The notes: generated by a model not told the origin, from the sequence alone. A stretch of DNA of 64,000 nt from Candidatus Doudnabacteria bacterium (GCA_016199215.1 JACQHB010000006.1:3642-67641); one strand, 5' to 3'; shown: positions 1 to 7,689, numbered from the stretch's first letter. Numbers and translations are program-made.

Positions 1-54
1 AAAAAACAGGCCTTCCTGCCGCTCTTGCTGCAAAATCTTTTCTTGTTTAAGCAT
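1..54 (-). CDS. 5' end of an unidentified CDS running off the left edge
   Basis: ATG at 52-54 (minus) opens MLKQEKILQQERQEGLF with no stop before position 1. Only 18 codons are visible. Confidence 0.3.
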   Translation of the reverse strand, partial: MLKQEKILQQERQEGLFF

Positions 55-63
55 GGGGGTATA

Positions 64-1137
64 TTACTCCTTTAGTTTATCAACGTCCACTACCCGATCG
101 TATCTACGGCCGTTGAACATGATTGTTGGAATTTTTTTAGTCTCAATCTCGTCCTCTACCAGCCTATTATTCGCGGCGATGATTTCTTTGACTTGTTCCG
201 AATCAGCGGAAAGCCTGATGCTGACAACTTTATCAGCTGAATAGCCCATGTCAAAAAGCCACGATTCCAGTCTTTCACTGACCTGCTGTTCATTATCAAC
301 CAAATTAAACTCCTCCTGGAAAGTCAGCCCATTGGAATTTCTTTGCGTGAAGATTTTCTCCAAAATCTGCCAATCTGCCGGAGTTTGGGATGCCAAGGGT
401 TGGAGCTTTACAGCTTCAAGGTAGGAGGCGACAAGATAAGAATGCGGAAATTTATAACCAGTGCCGGTTGTCTGATCCGAAATCGGGTAAGCTATGTAAG
501 TTAAATTATACCGCTCCTCAAAACCCGCCTGCTTGATATTGCCGAAAAGCTGGGCGCAAAATTTGCACCCCGGGTCAATAATTTCCAAGGCGATTGGTTT
601 TTGCTCATCAAACGGCTTGTAATAAGTATTCCTTTCATTGACATAATCAGCAGGATTCCAATTCTTAAATCTATTCGGGATATTGGAAACAGTTTCCCCG
701 AAAGTCAGGGCGGTATCCTTGCCCCAAATCAAAATTTTGCCCTGCTTAAGCGAATCCCAAAACCCCGGTTTTGCGGAACCAATGGAGCATGTTTGTCCGC
801 CAAAAGCGCAGGACTCGGCGTCATTCGGGTTGCATGTATCATAGACCAATAAACTTAAGCCGCTGTTTAAAACAACCAAAAAACTCCAGATCGTAAGCAC
901 GACAAAAACAAAAGCCAGGACATCAATCCACCTGTCGAAAGATTTTGCCAGACGCGGTTTTGTCAGAATAATTCTCGAAAGCAGCCTGGACTTCAGCTCT
1001 TCCTTAAAACCGATTTCGCAAGGCTTGAAAGTAATTCTTTTAACCACGCATTGCCAGGCTTTTTTGGCCAAGCTTCTGTAACTTGCCGAAAAAATCCCAA
1101 GGATGGCAAAAATAATAAACGCGGCGATGCAAAACAT
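64..1137 (-). CDS. membrane-anchored thioredoxin-fold / DsbA-like thiol:disulfide oxidoreductase
   Basis: 357-aa ORF with N-terminal hydrophobic segments, then a thioredoxin-like region carrying CxxC (DPGCKFCAQ). Family assignment is by recalled motif only. Confidence 0.6.
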   Translation of the reverse strand: MFCIAAFIIFAILGIFSASYRSLAKKAWQCVVKRITFKPCEIGFKEELKSRLLSRIILTKPRLAKSFDRWIDVLAFVFVVLTIWSFLVVLNSGLSLLVYDTCNPNDAESCAFGGQTCSIGSAKPGFWDSLKQGKILIWGKDTALTFGETVSNIPNRFKNWNPADYVNERNTYYKPFDEQKPIALEIIDPGCKFCAQLFGNIKQAGFEERYNLTYIAYPISDQTTGTGYKFPHSYLVASYLEAVKLQPLASQTPADWQILEKIFTQRNSNGLTFQEEFNLVDNEQQVSERLESWLFDMGYSADKVVSIRLSADSEQVKEIIAANNRLVEDEIETKKIPTIMFNGRRYDRVVDVDKLKE

Positions 1138-1139
1138 AT

Positions 1140-2291
1140 TTAAACTTTGCTAAAAATACTTTTAAGAATTGCTGACAACGAGTCAACCTGTTCTTGAGAA
1201 TTATGCAAACCAAGAGATATGCGCAAAAGCGGAGGGTATTGTTTGAGATTTTTAAGATAATAATGGCAACAAAAATAGCCGCTTCTGGCCATGGCATTCT
1301 GCGCGGATAGGAAAATAGCCAGACGATGGGCTTCAATTTTTTCTGAATAAAAACCCAAGACGGGACTGGCTTGCTTATTAATCAATTTAACTGGCAGCTG
1401 GCTTACTTGTTCAAAAAGGCTTTTGGACAGAACTTCACGGCTTTCCTTTGGCTTAAACGCGGCGATCCAATCCAAAGCCGCGCCAAAACCAATAATTTGG
1501 GCGAAGCTCTGCAAACCAGGCTCCAGCCTGCTGGCCAAGTCTTCTGTTGCCAGGACAAAATCATGTTCGAAAACATCATCCACCGTGCCTCCGCCAATAA
1601 ATGAAAACTCCAATTTTTCAATCAATGATTTTTTTACCACCATTACGCCCAGGCTTGGGCCATAAAATTTATGGGCGGAGAAAAATAATCCGTCAAAATC
1701 CAGTTTATTAAGAATCTGCGGAGCATGGACAAAAGTTTGCGCCGCGTCAAACAAAACCAGGCCCCCCTGCTCGTGCGCGTCTTTGCAGATTTGGCCGGCG
1801 TTTCCAAGCATACGCCCGTCAATATTTGAGGTGGTATTTAAAATGACAACACTTTTTTCCAAATCTTTCTTTTCATAAATCAGGTTCCCTCGATCGTCCC
1901 GACTTAAAACCCTGGTGGGGATCCCGAGTCTTTTTCCGGCTGTTTGCGCTGGCAGAAAAACGGAATTATGCTCAATTTCAGAAGTAATAATCTGATCTGC
2001 GACAGACGACTTAAGCTGGCTTAAAATTAAATTAATGCCATATGTCGTATTCAGTGTAAACGCGACCACGTAATCTTTTCTCGATTTTTCCAGCGATTTT
2101 AAAACTTTCTCTTTGGTCTGCAAAATCTTTTCATCGACATTTATTCCCCAGTCGTATTTCACTCGTCCGCCACAAGCGTTGTATTCATGATAATACTGGC
2201 TCATTGCGTCAATAACCTGCTGCGGCCGAAGCGTCTGGCAGGAAGAGTCAAAATATAAAACACTTTTGTCCAAGTATTCGAAATCTTTCAT
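1140..2291 (-). CDS. class V aminotransferase / cysteine desulfurase-like PLP enzyme
   Basis: Track ORF is 1140..2315. Start moved to ATG 2289-2291 (MKDFEYL), which lies 6 nt after a TATAAT (2298-2303, minus). The PLP-lysine context SAHKFYGPSLG is typical of NifS/SufS-type enzymes. Confidence 0.75.
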   Translation of the reverse strand: MKDFEYLDKSVLYFDSSCQTLRPQQVIDAMSQYYHEYNACGGRVKYDWGINVDEKILQTKEKVLKSLEKSRKDYVVAFTLNTTYGINLILSQLKSSVADQIITSEIEHNSVFLPAQTAGKRLGIPTRVLSRDDRGNLIYEKKDLEKSVVILNTTSNIDGRMLGNAGQICKDAHEQGGLVLFDAAQTFVHAPQILNKLDFDGLFFSAHKFYGPSLGVMVVKKSLIEKLEFSFIGGGTVDDVFEHDFVLATEDLASRLEPGLQSFAQIIGFGAALDWIAAFKPKESREVLSKSLFEQVSQLPVKLINKQASPVLGFYSEKIEAHRLAIFLSAQNAMARSGYFCCHYYLKNLKQYPPLLRISLGLHNSQEQVDSLSAILKSIFSKV

Positions 2292-2376
2292 ACTCACATT
2301 ATAGCAGAAAAGCAAAGGTTAGGGCCGGATCAAACTGCTGATCCGGCCCGGCAACCCAAGCCACGTGAGGCCAATC

Positions 2377-3861
2377 CTAATTGCTCTGGACTGACCGCGC
2401 GACTCGATGCAGATGATCCCAATATATCACGTTTTTGACCACGACTGGAAAAGCTCTAAGGTTACCAGAGGTCTTGATCAGGAGCTTCCAATAGCGCCAA
2501 TTGGCCCCAGACCAGATCCCGATAAACCAAAGGCTCTTCACCACCGCGAGCAGCTCGTTCCACGATAAGTGAGTGCTTCGCGTTTTGGGCCGGTAGTTCT
2601 TGATCAGCGTCTCAATCCTTGCGAAATAACTCTTGGCGGAAAACAGCGCCAAAAGCAGTTCGCGGTGGCCCTTGACCAGCTTCTCAAGCCCCATTGTCGG
2701 TAAGAAATTTACCTGACCCGACGTGTTGTCGCCGTTTGCTTCAAGCAACAACCGTCCTTCCGCGCGCAGTCTATGCCACAGCCTGGTCCCGGGAATTGCC
2801 ATAACTATCCCGACCATTGCCATAGGCACGCCAATTGCCTGGATGAACTCAAACTGGTCGCGGAAGATGGTTTCGGCTTTGTCATTGTCGAAACCGACCA
2901 TGAACCCGCCCATCACATGCAACCCGCGCCGCTGAATCTTGATCACCGCCTCTCGCAGATCGCGGCTCGTGTTCTGGGTCTTGCCGGCTTCCTTCAGGCT
3001 GTCCATACATGGGGTCTCCAGTCCGAGGAAAACGTCGCCGAAGTTGGCAAGGCTCATAAGTCCCAATAGTTCGTCATCATCCGCCAGATTCACGCTGGCT
3101 TCGGTGAAAAACTTGAATGGGTATCGATGGCGCTTCTGCCATGCGACCAGCTCAACCAACATCTGCTTGACAGCGCGCTTGTTGCCAATGAAGTTGTCAT
3201 CAACAACAAACACCGCTCCCCGATAGCCCAAGTCGAACAGCAACTGCAGCTCTGCCATCATCTGGCGAGGAGTTTTGACGCGCGGCACGCGGCCGTTCAT
3301 GACCGTGATGTCGCAGAACTCGCAGTCATACGGACAACCGCGAGAATACTGCACGAGCATGGTGGCGTAGTCCTTCAACCGGATCAGCGCCCACATTGGA
3401 AGCGGCGTTGCGGTAATATCCGGCCGAAGGCCAGACGAATACTTATGCTTCGCGCTTCCGCTTGCCAAATCTTCCAAAAACAGCGGTAGCGTTACTTCTG
3501 CCTCGCCCAGGACCAAGTGGTCAACTTCGGGAAACTTTTCCGGCTCAGCGTTGAACAGCGGACCTCCGGCAACGACCGTTTTACCGAAAGCCTTACAGCG
3601 TTCAATTACAGCGAGAGCTGACGACTTCTGCACAATCATGGCGCTTACAAACACCATATCCGCCCACGCAAGCTGGCTATCGGTAATCGGCGCGACGTTC
3701 TCGTCGGCAAGCTTCTTGGCCCACTCCGTGGGCAATATCGAAGCGATCGTGAGCAAGCCCAGGGGTGGAAAAGCCGCCTTCCTCGATATATATCTCAGCG
3801 CGCCGCTGAAACTCCAAAATGTCGTCGTCGGGTATTTGGGGTATATCAAAAGAACATTCAT
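2377..3861 (-). CDS. B12-binding-domain radical SAM protein
   Basis: 494 aa with radical SAM CxxxCxxC (RGCPYDCEFC) preceded by an N-terminal Rossmann-like B12-binding segment. SD is GAGGAGG, 7 nt before the ATG. Visibly GC-richer than neighbours. Confidence 0.85.
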   Translation of the reverse strand: MNVLLIYPKYPTTTFWSFSGALRYISRKAAFPPLGLLTIASILPTEWAKKLADENVAPITDSQLAWADMVFVSAMIVQKSSALAVIERCKAFGKTVVAGGPLFNAEPEKFPEVDHLVLGEAEVTLPLFLEDLASGSAKHKYSSGLRPDITATPLPMWALIRLKDYATMLVQYSRGCPYDCEFCDITVMNGRVPRVKTPRQMMAELQLLFDLGYRGAVFVVDDNFIGNKRAVKQMLVELVAWQKRHRYPFKFFTEASVNLADDDELLGLMSLANFGDVFLGLETPCMDSLKEAGKTQNTSRDLREAVIKIQRRGLHVMGGFMVGFDNDKAETIFRDQFEFIQAIGVPMAMVGIVMAIPGTRLWHRLRAEGRLLLEANGDNTSGQVNFLPTMGLEKLVKGHRELLLALFSAKSYFARIETLIKNYRPKTRSTHLSWNELLAVVKSLWFIGIWSGANWRYWKLLIKTSGNLRAFPVVVKNVIYWDHLHRVARSVQSN

Positions 3862-3971
3862 CTGATTCTCCTCCTCTTTGTTCTCTCCAGTTCTTTTACT
3901 TTATACTCCCGTTTTCCTCTTGTCTAGAAAAAACAGCCTTTTTACGGCTGACTTAAATTAATAACTTATTC

Positions 3972-3999
3972 TTATTCGCTTATTCGTACGAATTAGACC
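3972..3999 (-). repeat. junction repeat copy A (TTATTCGCTTATTCGTACGAATTAGACC on plus strand)
   Basis: Lies between the TspO stop and the hairpin terminator (3934-3956) preceding the radical SAM gene. Core palindrome is ATTCGTACGAAT. The same word recurs at 4609-4629 and 4746-4758. Confidence 0.85.
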
Positions 4000-4013
4000 A
4001 GGTATTAATTCGA

Positions 4014-4556
4014 TTAGCGATTGAGAATCCAAACAGAATAATTCAAATACGCGGCAAAAGTGACCCAAAAAATGTATGGAATCAAAAGTGCGGCTGAAAC
4101 TTTAGATACGCGGTAAAAGTTGATGATTGTGTAAAGTATCGCAAACCAGAGCGCGACGAGTTCAAAAAAAGCCAGACCAATTTGGTGGCGGCCAAAAAAT
4201 ATGTATGACCAGAGCGCGTTCAGGACCAATTGAATGACAAAGATCGCAATCAGGTTTTGCTTCTGCCAATCCCCTGTCCAAAGTTTTCCGGACCATTTAT
4301 TCCAGGCTTTCTTTTTGGGAACCAAAAACTTATTCCTTACTTTCCATTTATTCTTCCAAACGAGGAAAATCGAAATACCCATAAGGATGTAAAGTGCTGT
4401 CCAAACAGGACCAAAAAGCCAAGCAGGAGGATTAAGACTAGGTTTGGTAAGAGCGACATACCAGCCAGGGATGGCTTCTGCTGTATACAAACTTCCTACC
4501 GCGCCAACGGACAGGCAGATAAGCACAAACAGAACCAAAATTAGTATTTGTTTCAT
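4014..4556 (-). CDS. tspO: TspO/MBR family tryptophan-rich sensory protein
   Basis: 180 aa, multi-TM and Trp-rich. The WYVALTKPSLNPPAWLFGPVWTALYILMG signature is characteristic of TspO. Confidence 0.85.
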   Translation of the reverse strand: MKQILILVLFVLICLSVGAVGSLYTAEAIPGWYVALTKPSLNPPAWLFGPVWTALYILMGISIFLVWKNKWKVRNKFLVPKKKAWNKWSGKLWTGDWQKQNLIAIFVIQLVLNALWSYIFFGRHQIGLAFFELVALWFAILYTIINFYRVSKVSAALLIPYIFWVTFAAYLNYSVWILNR

Positions 4557-4608
4557 ATAGTTTCGTCTTCATTTCATTTTATCACAAGCTAAACAAGGAC
4601 CAAAGTGC

Positions 4609-4629
4609 TTATTCGCTTATTCGTACGAA
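4609..4629 (-). repeat. junction repeat copy B1 (left half through the palindrome: TTATTCGCTTATTCGTACGAA)
   Basis: Identical to the first 21 nt of copy A. It stops inside the TTCGTACGAA palindrome, where the arsR fragment begins. Confidence 0.8.
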
Positions 4630-4748
4630 GTCGAACGAAAAGATAACCTGATCTCTTCAGCGATATTGCCAACTGATGCTCCCCTTTTTTGCTTAAGCAC
4701 TTTGATAATCGCAAGCCTTCTTCGATTTGCTAAAGCTTTCAAAGTTAC
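4617..4748 (-). pseudogene. truncated arsR-family paralogue (43 codons, no start, premature stop inside the repeat)
   Basis: My minus-strand translation is VTLKALANRRRLAIIKVLKQKRGASVGNIAEEIRLSFRSTSYE*. It matches residues ~8-49 of the intact ArsR at 5787-6047 at about 28 of 42 positions. It lacks the N-terminus and the whole C-terminal half. Confidence 0.7.
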
Positions 4749-4758
4749 GAATTAGACC
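4746..4758 (-). repeat. junction repeat copy B2 (right half: TACGAATTAGACC)
   Basis: Identical to the last 13 nt of copy A. B1 and B2 share the hexamer TACGAA, so the arsR fragment sits inside a split repeat. Confidence 0.75.
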
Positions 4759-4770
4759 TTGAGCAAAGCC

Positions 4771-5067
4771 TTACCAAATCTGGTAAATCTCGCGCCTTCC
4801 GGTCATGTACATATCAGTATAGTGCTCCCACTGCTTGGCGACTTCCGGATCCACGTCCTGATCCATCTTGCCGGATTTGTAGTCTTCCATCATTTTGTCG
4901 AAATCAGCAAGACTGTCCATCTCGCTTTCTACAACGACAGTATTGTAATTACCGGTCAGGTCTGTCATAACCCTGCTTTTCCCCTTCATAAACGAGCCCT
5001 TCATTATCTTGGCAAACTTGGACGCCATGCCAGGCTTGCAAGTAAATATCTCACGAACTATTATCAT
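4771..5067 (-). CDS. small hypothetical protein (98 aa), possibly dimeric alpha/beta-barrel-like
   Basis: Intact ORF with SD TAGGAGG 4 nt upstream. No motif that I can name with confidence. Confidence 0.5.
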   Translation of the reverse strand: MIIVREIFTCKPGMASKFAKIMKGSFMKGKSRVMTDLTGNYNTVVVESEMDSLADFDKMMEDYKSGKMDQDVDPEVAKQWEHYTDMYMTGRREIYQIW

Positions 5068-5207
5068 AAACCTCCTAAGATTGTTTAATTAGACTAATCT
5101 TAAGAAGTAAAAAAAATTAACTCAATTGTAAACAAAAACGAAAGAGCTTCCACTGTTTTGATTTGACTGAAAACGACGTTTCGTCAACGGCGGGTTTGGA
5201 TTAAATT

Positions 5208-5762
5208 CTATAAAACTCCAAAACTTATCAGTTTACTTTTCAAAGAATCAAAATCTTTCCAAACGATCCCTTGCATTCCCACCTCTTCAGCTCCTTTTAC
5301 ATTCTGCTGGGTATCATCAATAAAAATGCATCCCTGAGGAGAAACTTGAAGTTTTTGGCAGGCAAGATGATATATATTTGGCGCCGGCTTCTCAAGCTTC
5401 ACTTCTGACGAGTTTATAAAGATTTCGAAAAATTGCGAAAAAGGATATTGCTTTTTGAAGTAAGGAATAGTAATGCTCGTGCCGTTATTAACTACGGCTA
5501 ACTTATACTTCTGTCCAAGCCCAGGCAGGAGCTCTTGCCAGACTTCCTCCACCTGGCAAAATTTCCCCGTAACTCTTTCGGCGATTTCTTGAACACTAAA
5601 ATTTTTAGTGATTTCATTTTGCTTCAGAGCATGAATGAAGTCATATGGATCCAGGATCCTATCACTTAACTCTTCCGCGATTTGGATTACTTCGTCAAAC
5701 TTATAATTTGGCCGTTTCTTAAGCAATGGCCCGACCATGTCAAAAATTATTGCCTTAATCAT
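5208..5762 (-). CDS. HAD-superfamily hydrolase-like protein
   Basis: N-terminal IIFDMVGPLL (HAD motif I with the second Asp replaced by Val) and C-terminal IFIDDTQQNVKGAEEVGM (motif IV). Confidence 0.7.
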   Translation of the reverse strand: MIKAIIFDMVGPLLKKRPNYKFDEVIQIAEELSDRILDPYDFIHALKQNEITKNFSVQEIAERVTGKFCQVEEVWQELLPGLGQKYKLAVVNNGTSITIPYFKKQYPFSQFFEIFINSSEVKLEKPAPNIYHLACQKLQVSPQGCIFIDDTQQNVKGAEEVGMQGIVWKDFDSLKSKLISFGVL

Positions 5763-5772
5763 AAACTACTCT

Positions 5773-5793
5773 CCTATTCGCGCGAATTAGAGA
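5773..5793 (-). repeat. junction repeat copy C (CCTATTCGCGCGAATTAGAGA)
   Basis: Contains the ArsR stop codon (minus-strand CTC TAA) and ends 10 nt before the HAD ATG. Core palindrome is ATTCGCGCGAAT. Confidence 0.85.
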
Positions 5794-6047
5794 TCGCTGA
5801 GAAGTGATTTCACAAACTGGGGTAGGTCTAATGCTAAGTAATAAAAAACAACCAGACTCCTTTGCTCTTTATCAAGCAAGTTTGCCCTGGCCAGAATATT
5901 CAGATGCTTGGAGGTTGCCTTAAACGACAATCTGATCTGTCCCGCAATTTCGCCCACCGAGGCTTCTTTCCGAGTCCTCAGAAATTTAATAATCGCCAAG
6001 CGCCGCCGGTTAGCCAAAGCCTTCAAAATTATTTCCTGCTGTTTCAT
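5787..6047 (-). CDS. ArsR/SmtB-family winged-helix transcriptional regulator
   Basis: 86 aa. LKALANRRRLAIIKFL...SVGEIAGQIRLSFKATSKHLNILARANLL is the classic ArsR HTH. TATAAT (6054-6059, minus) ends 6 nt before the ATG. Confidence 0.85.
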   Translation of the reverse strand: MKQQEIILKALANRRRLAIIKFLRTRKEASVGEIAGQIRLSFKATSKHLNILARANLLDKEQRSLVVFYYLALDLPQFVKSLLSDL

Positions 6048-6062
6048 AAAACCATTATACTA

Positions 6063-6096
6063 TTATTCGCCTATTCGCGCGAATTAGAGAAGGTTA
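6063..6096 (-). repeat. junction repeat copy D (TTATTCGCCTATTCGCGCGAATTAGAGAAGGTTA)
   Basis: 34 nt, 33/34 identical to copy E. It contains the HIT stop codon (minus-strand AAC CTT CTC TAA) and is followed directly by the arsR -10 box. Confidence 0.9.
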
Positions 6097-6542
6097 TGCT
6101 TTTTGATTTTATCGGCAAGTTGATTTAGCTCTTCAAGATTTTTTTGAGGACCAAGTTGCGTGGAAATATATCCTTCGTATTTCTCAAAATACACTTTCTC
6201 TTTCGCCCAAATTTCTTCGAATTTCTCATCGATCCCATATAAAGGATAAAGCTTTATATGGGCATGATTAATCCCCATCCCCTCCATGACCATAGACACT
6301 CGTTTTACGTTCAATCCTTTTTCTAACAAACCAGCAACTTTTCTAGCGGCTAAAAATGAATCCGTATAATCCTGATCAGAGAAATCAAACATGTACGAAT
6401 CAAAGTGTTTTTTGGTCAAAACCAAAGTCATTCCCTCGACATTTGGGTTAATATCAAGGATAGCCAAGAAATTTTCATCTTCCCAGATCTTTGCGGAATC
6501 AATCTCCCCACTGACAATTTTGCAAAATATACAGTCTTTCAT
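6084..6542 (-). CDS. HIT-family nucleotide hydrolase/transferase
   Basis: 152 aa with N-terminal CIFCKI and the histidine triad INHAHIKLYP. Confidence 0.85.
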   Translation of the reverse strand: MKDCIFCKIVSGEIDSAKIWEDENFLAILDINPNVEGMTLVLTKKHFDSYMFDFSDQDYTDSFLAARKVAGLLEKGLNVKRVSMVMEGMGINHAHIKLYPLYGIDEKFEEIWAKEKVYFEKYEGYISTQLGPQKNLEELNQLADKIKKHNLL

Positions 6543-6802
6543 AATTTTACTACAGGAGTTAATGCTTTTATAAGTTTTAATTTCTCAACTCGGGATAATT
6601 GCTTGATTCGGTATTCGGCCTTGGAAGCACTGGACCTGTTGCGGAATCTTTGGGTGAAAACCAACTTCACCGGCCTTCGGGCCTGCGTATATCTTGCTCC
6701 CAGCTTGGAAAGATTATGCTCCGAGACCCTGCGAGGCAAATCCGTCGTGATCCCAGTATAAAGCGTCTTATCCGAGCATTTGAGGATATAAAGATGGTAC
6801 AT
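6539..6802 (-). CDS. GIY-YIG nuclease-domain protein (UPF0213-like)
   Basis: 87 aa. YHLYILKCSDKTLYTGITTDLPRRVSEHN is the GIY-YIG signature. It overlaps the HIT start by 4 nt. Confidence 0.85.
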   Translation of the reverse strand: MYHLYILKCSDKTLYTGITTDLPRRVSEHNLSKLGARYTQARRPVKLVFTQRFRNRSSASKAEYRIKQLSRVEKLKLIKALTPVVKL

Positions 6803-6803
6803 G

Positions 6804-6837
6804 TTATTCGCCTATTCGAGCGAATTAGAGAAGGTTA
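6804..6837 (-). repeat. junction repeat copy E (TTATTCGCCTATTCGAGCGAATTAGAGAAGGTTA)
   Basis: Abuts the GIY-YIG ATG. It retains the minus-strand AACCTTCTCTAA that forms the last codons of the HIT gene at copy D, although no ORF precedes it here. Confidence 0.9.
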
Positions 6838-6838
6838 A

Positions 6839-6943
6839 CGGCTCATTGAGGGGTTTCGTTGAGCCGTTGGACAGGCATTATTTCCCGTTCACTGGATTCC
6901 CGATCGGGTCGGGAATGACAGAAGAATATGCTTTAATAATGCC
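6839..6943. other. non-coding segment with nested hairpins at the end of the repeat array
   Basis: Three pairings are visible: CGGCTCA(6839-6845)/TGAGCCG(6860-6866); GGCATTAT(6874-6881)/ATAATGCC(6936-6943), which encloses TTCCCGA(6897-6903)/TCGGGAA(6909-6915). No ORF. Confidence 0.4.
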
Positions 6944-7080
6944 ACAGGAAAGGGAAAAAGTAAAAATAGGGGGCAGGGTTGAGGGTGAAGGGACATGATT
7001 CTTTATATTAGGATTATTTTGGGTTATACTAAAAGCACCATCAGTCACCACTTCTCGTTACTCGTTTCAGGAGGATTGTC

Positions 7081-7294
7081 ATGCCTCGTTTCAAGGTCAA
7101 GGACGGCCAGTTCGTGAAGTCCAGCTACAGTCACCCGGGCGGCATCGTCACCAGATGTGTGTCGGTGGCCATCACCCGCAAGGGAGTCGCGGTCCGCGAC
7201 ACGAAGGACCCGTCCAAGAAGGACCCAATGGTACACGCGTGCCGAGTGGGATGCCTTCATCAAGGGCGTGAAGAACGGCGAGTTCGATCTCTGA
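7081..7294 (+). pseudogene. DUF397-domain gene with a frameshift
   Basis: Frame 1 gives MPRFKVKDGQFVKSSYSHPGG..CVSVA..KGVAVRDTKDPSKKDP. The +1 frame from 7232 gives YTRAEWDAFIKGVKNGEFDL* (stop at 7292-7294). Together they form a complete DUF397 pattern. The frame break lies around 7222-7232. GC-rich, with SD CAGGAGG. Confidence 0.6.
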
Positions 7295-7307
7295 GACGGA
7301 CCGCGGT

Positions 7308-7350
7308 GAGCACCAGGGCGGCATTCTGCCGTCCCTGGTGCTCATTTTAT
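7308..7350. terminator. hairpin terminator between the DUF397 gene and tfoX-like gene
   Basis: GAGCACCAGGG(7308-7318)/CCCTGGTGCTC(7333-7343), followed by ATTTTAT. Confidence 0.7.
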
Positions 7351-7355
7351 ATGTT

Positions 7356-7658
7356 TTAATAAATTACCGCTAACGAAAGCCTTGCCCACTCTTTTAGCTT
7401 TACTAAATCATCAATGATCTCCGGGGGGACTTCGTAATAGTTTTTTAAAATCTGCTTTGGGCTTGGGGCGAAGGGTTTACTGCCAAAGGCTTCGTAATCC
7501 TTTCTTGTTTGCTCGTTTGTTTTGAAAAACAGCTGGTCTTGGTAGATTATCGCAAAAAACTTTCCGTCCAAATATAAGCCGTAGGCGTCGAACATGCGGC
7601 GGCCCTTGATGTTAAGACTTGAAAGTTGCTCAAGAATGTAAGACTCAAAAGAAGACAT
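7356..7658 (-). CDS. TfoX N-terminal-domain protein
   Basis: 100 aa. The RRMFDAYGLYLDGKFFAIIYQDQLFFKT pattern is typical of TfoX_N. Confidence 0.65.
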   Translation of the reverse strand: MSSFESYILEQLSSLNIKGRRMFDAYGLYLDGKFFAIIYQDQLFFKTNEQTRKDYEAFGSKPFAPSPKQILKNYYEVPPEIIDDLVKLKEWARLSLAVIY

Positions 7659-7689
7659 AGAAAAAAACGGCTTCGCGCCGCCTTTTTAT

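Noticed and set aside
3972-6837. Considered calling the junction repeats a CRISPR array or classical integron attC sites.
   Set aside because: Spacing is 0.3-0.7 kb and the intervening DNA is intact protein-coding sequence, so this is not CRISPR. The elements are only 21-34 nt and lack recognisable RYYYAAC/GTTRRRY cores, and no integrase is in the window. I therefore report them only as an unclassified repeat family.
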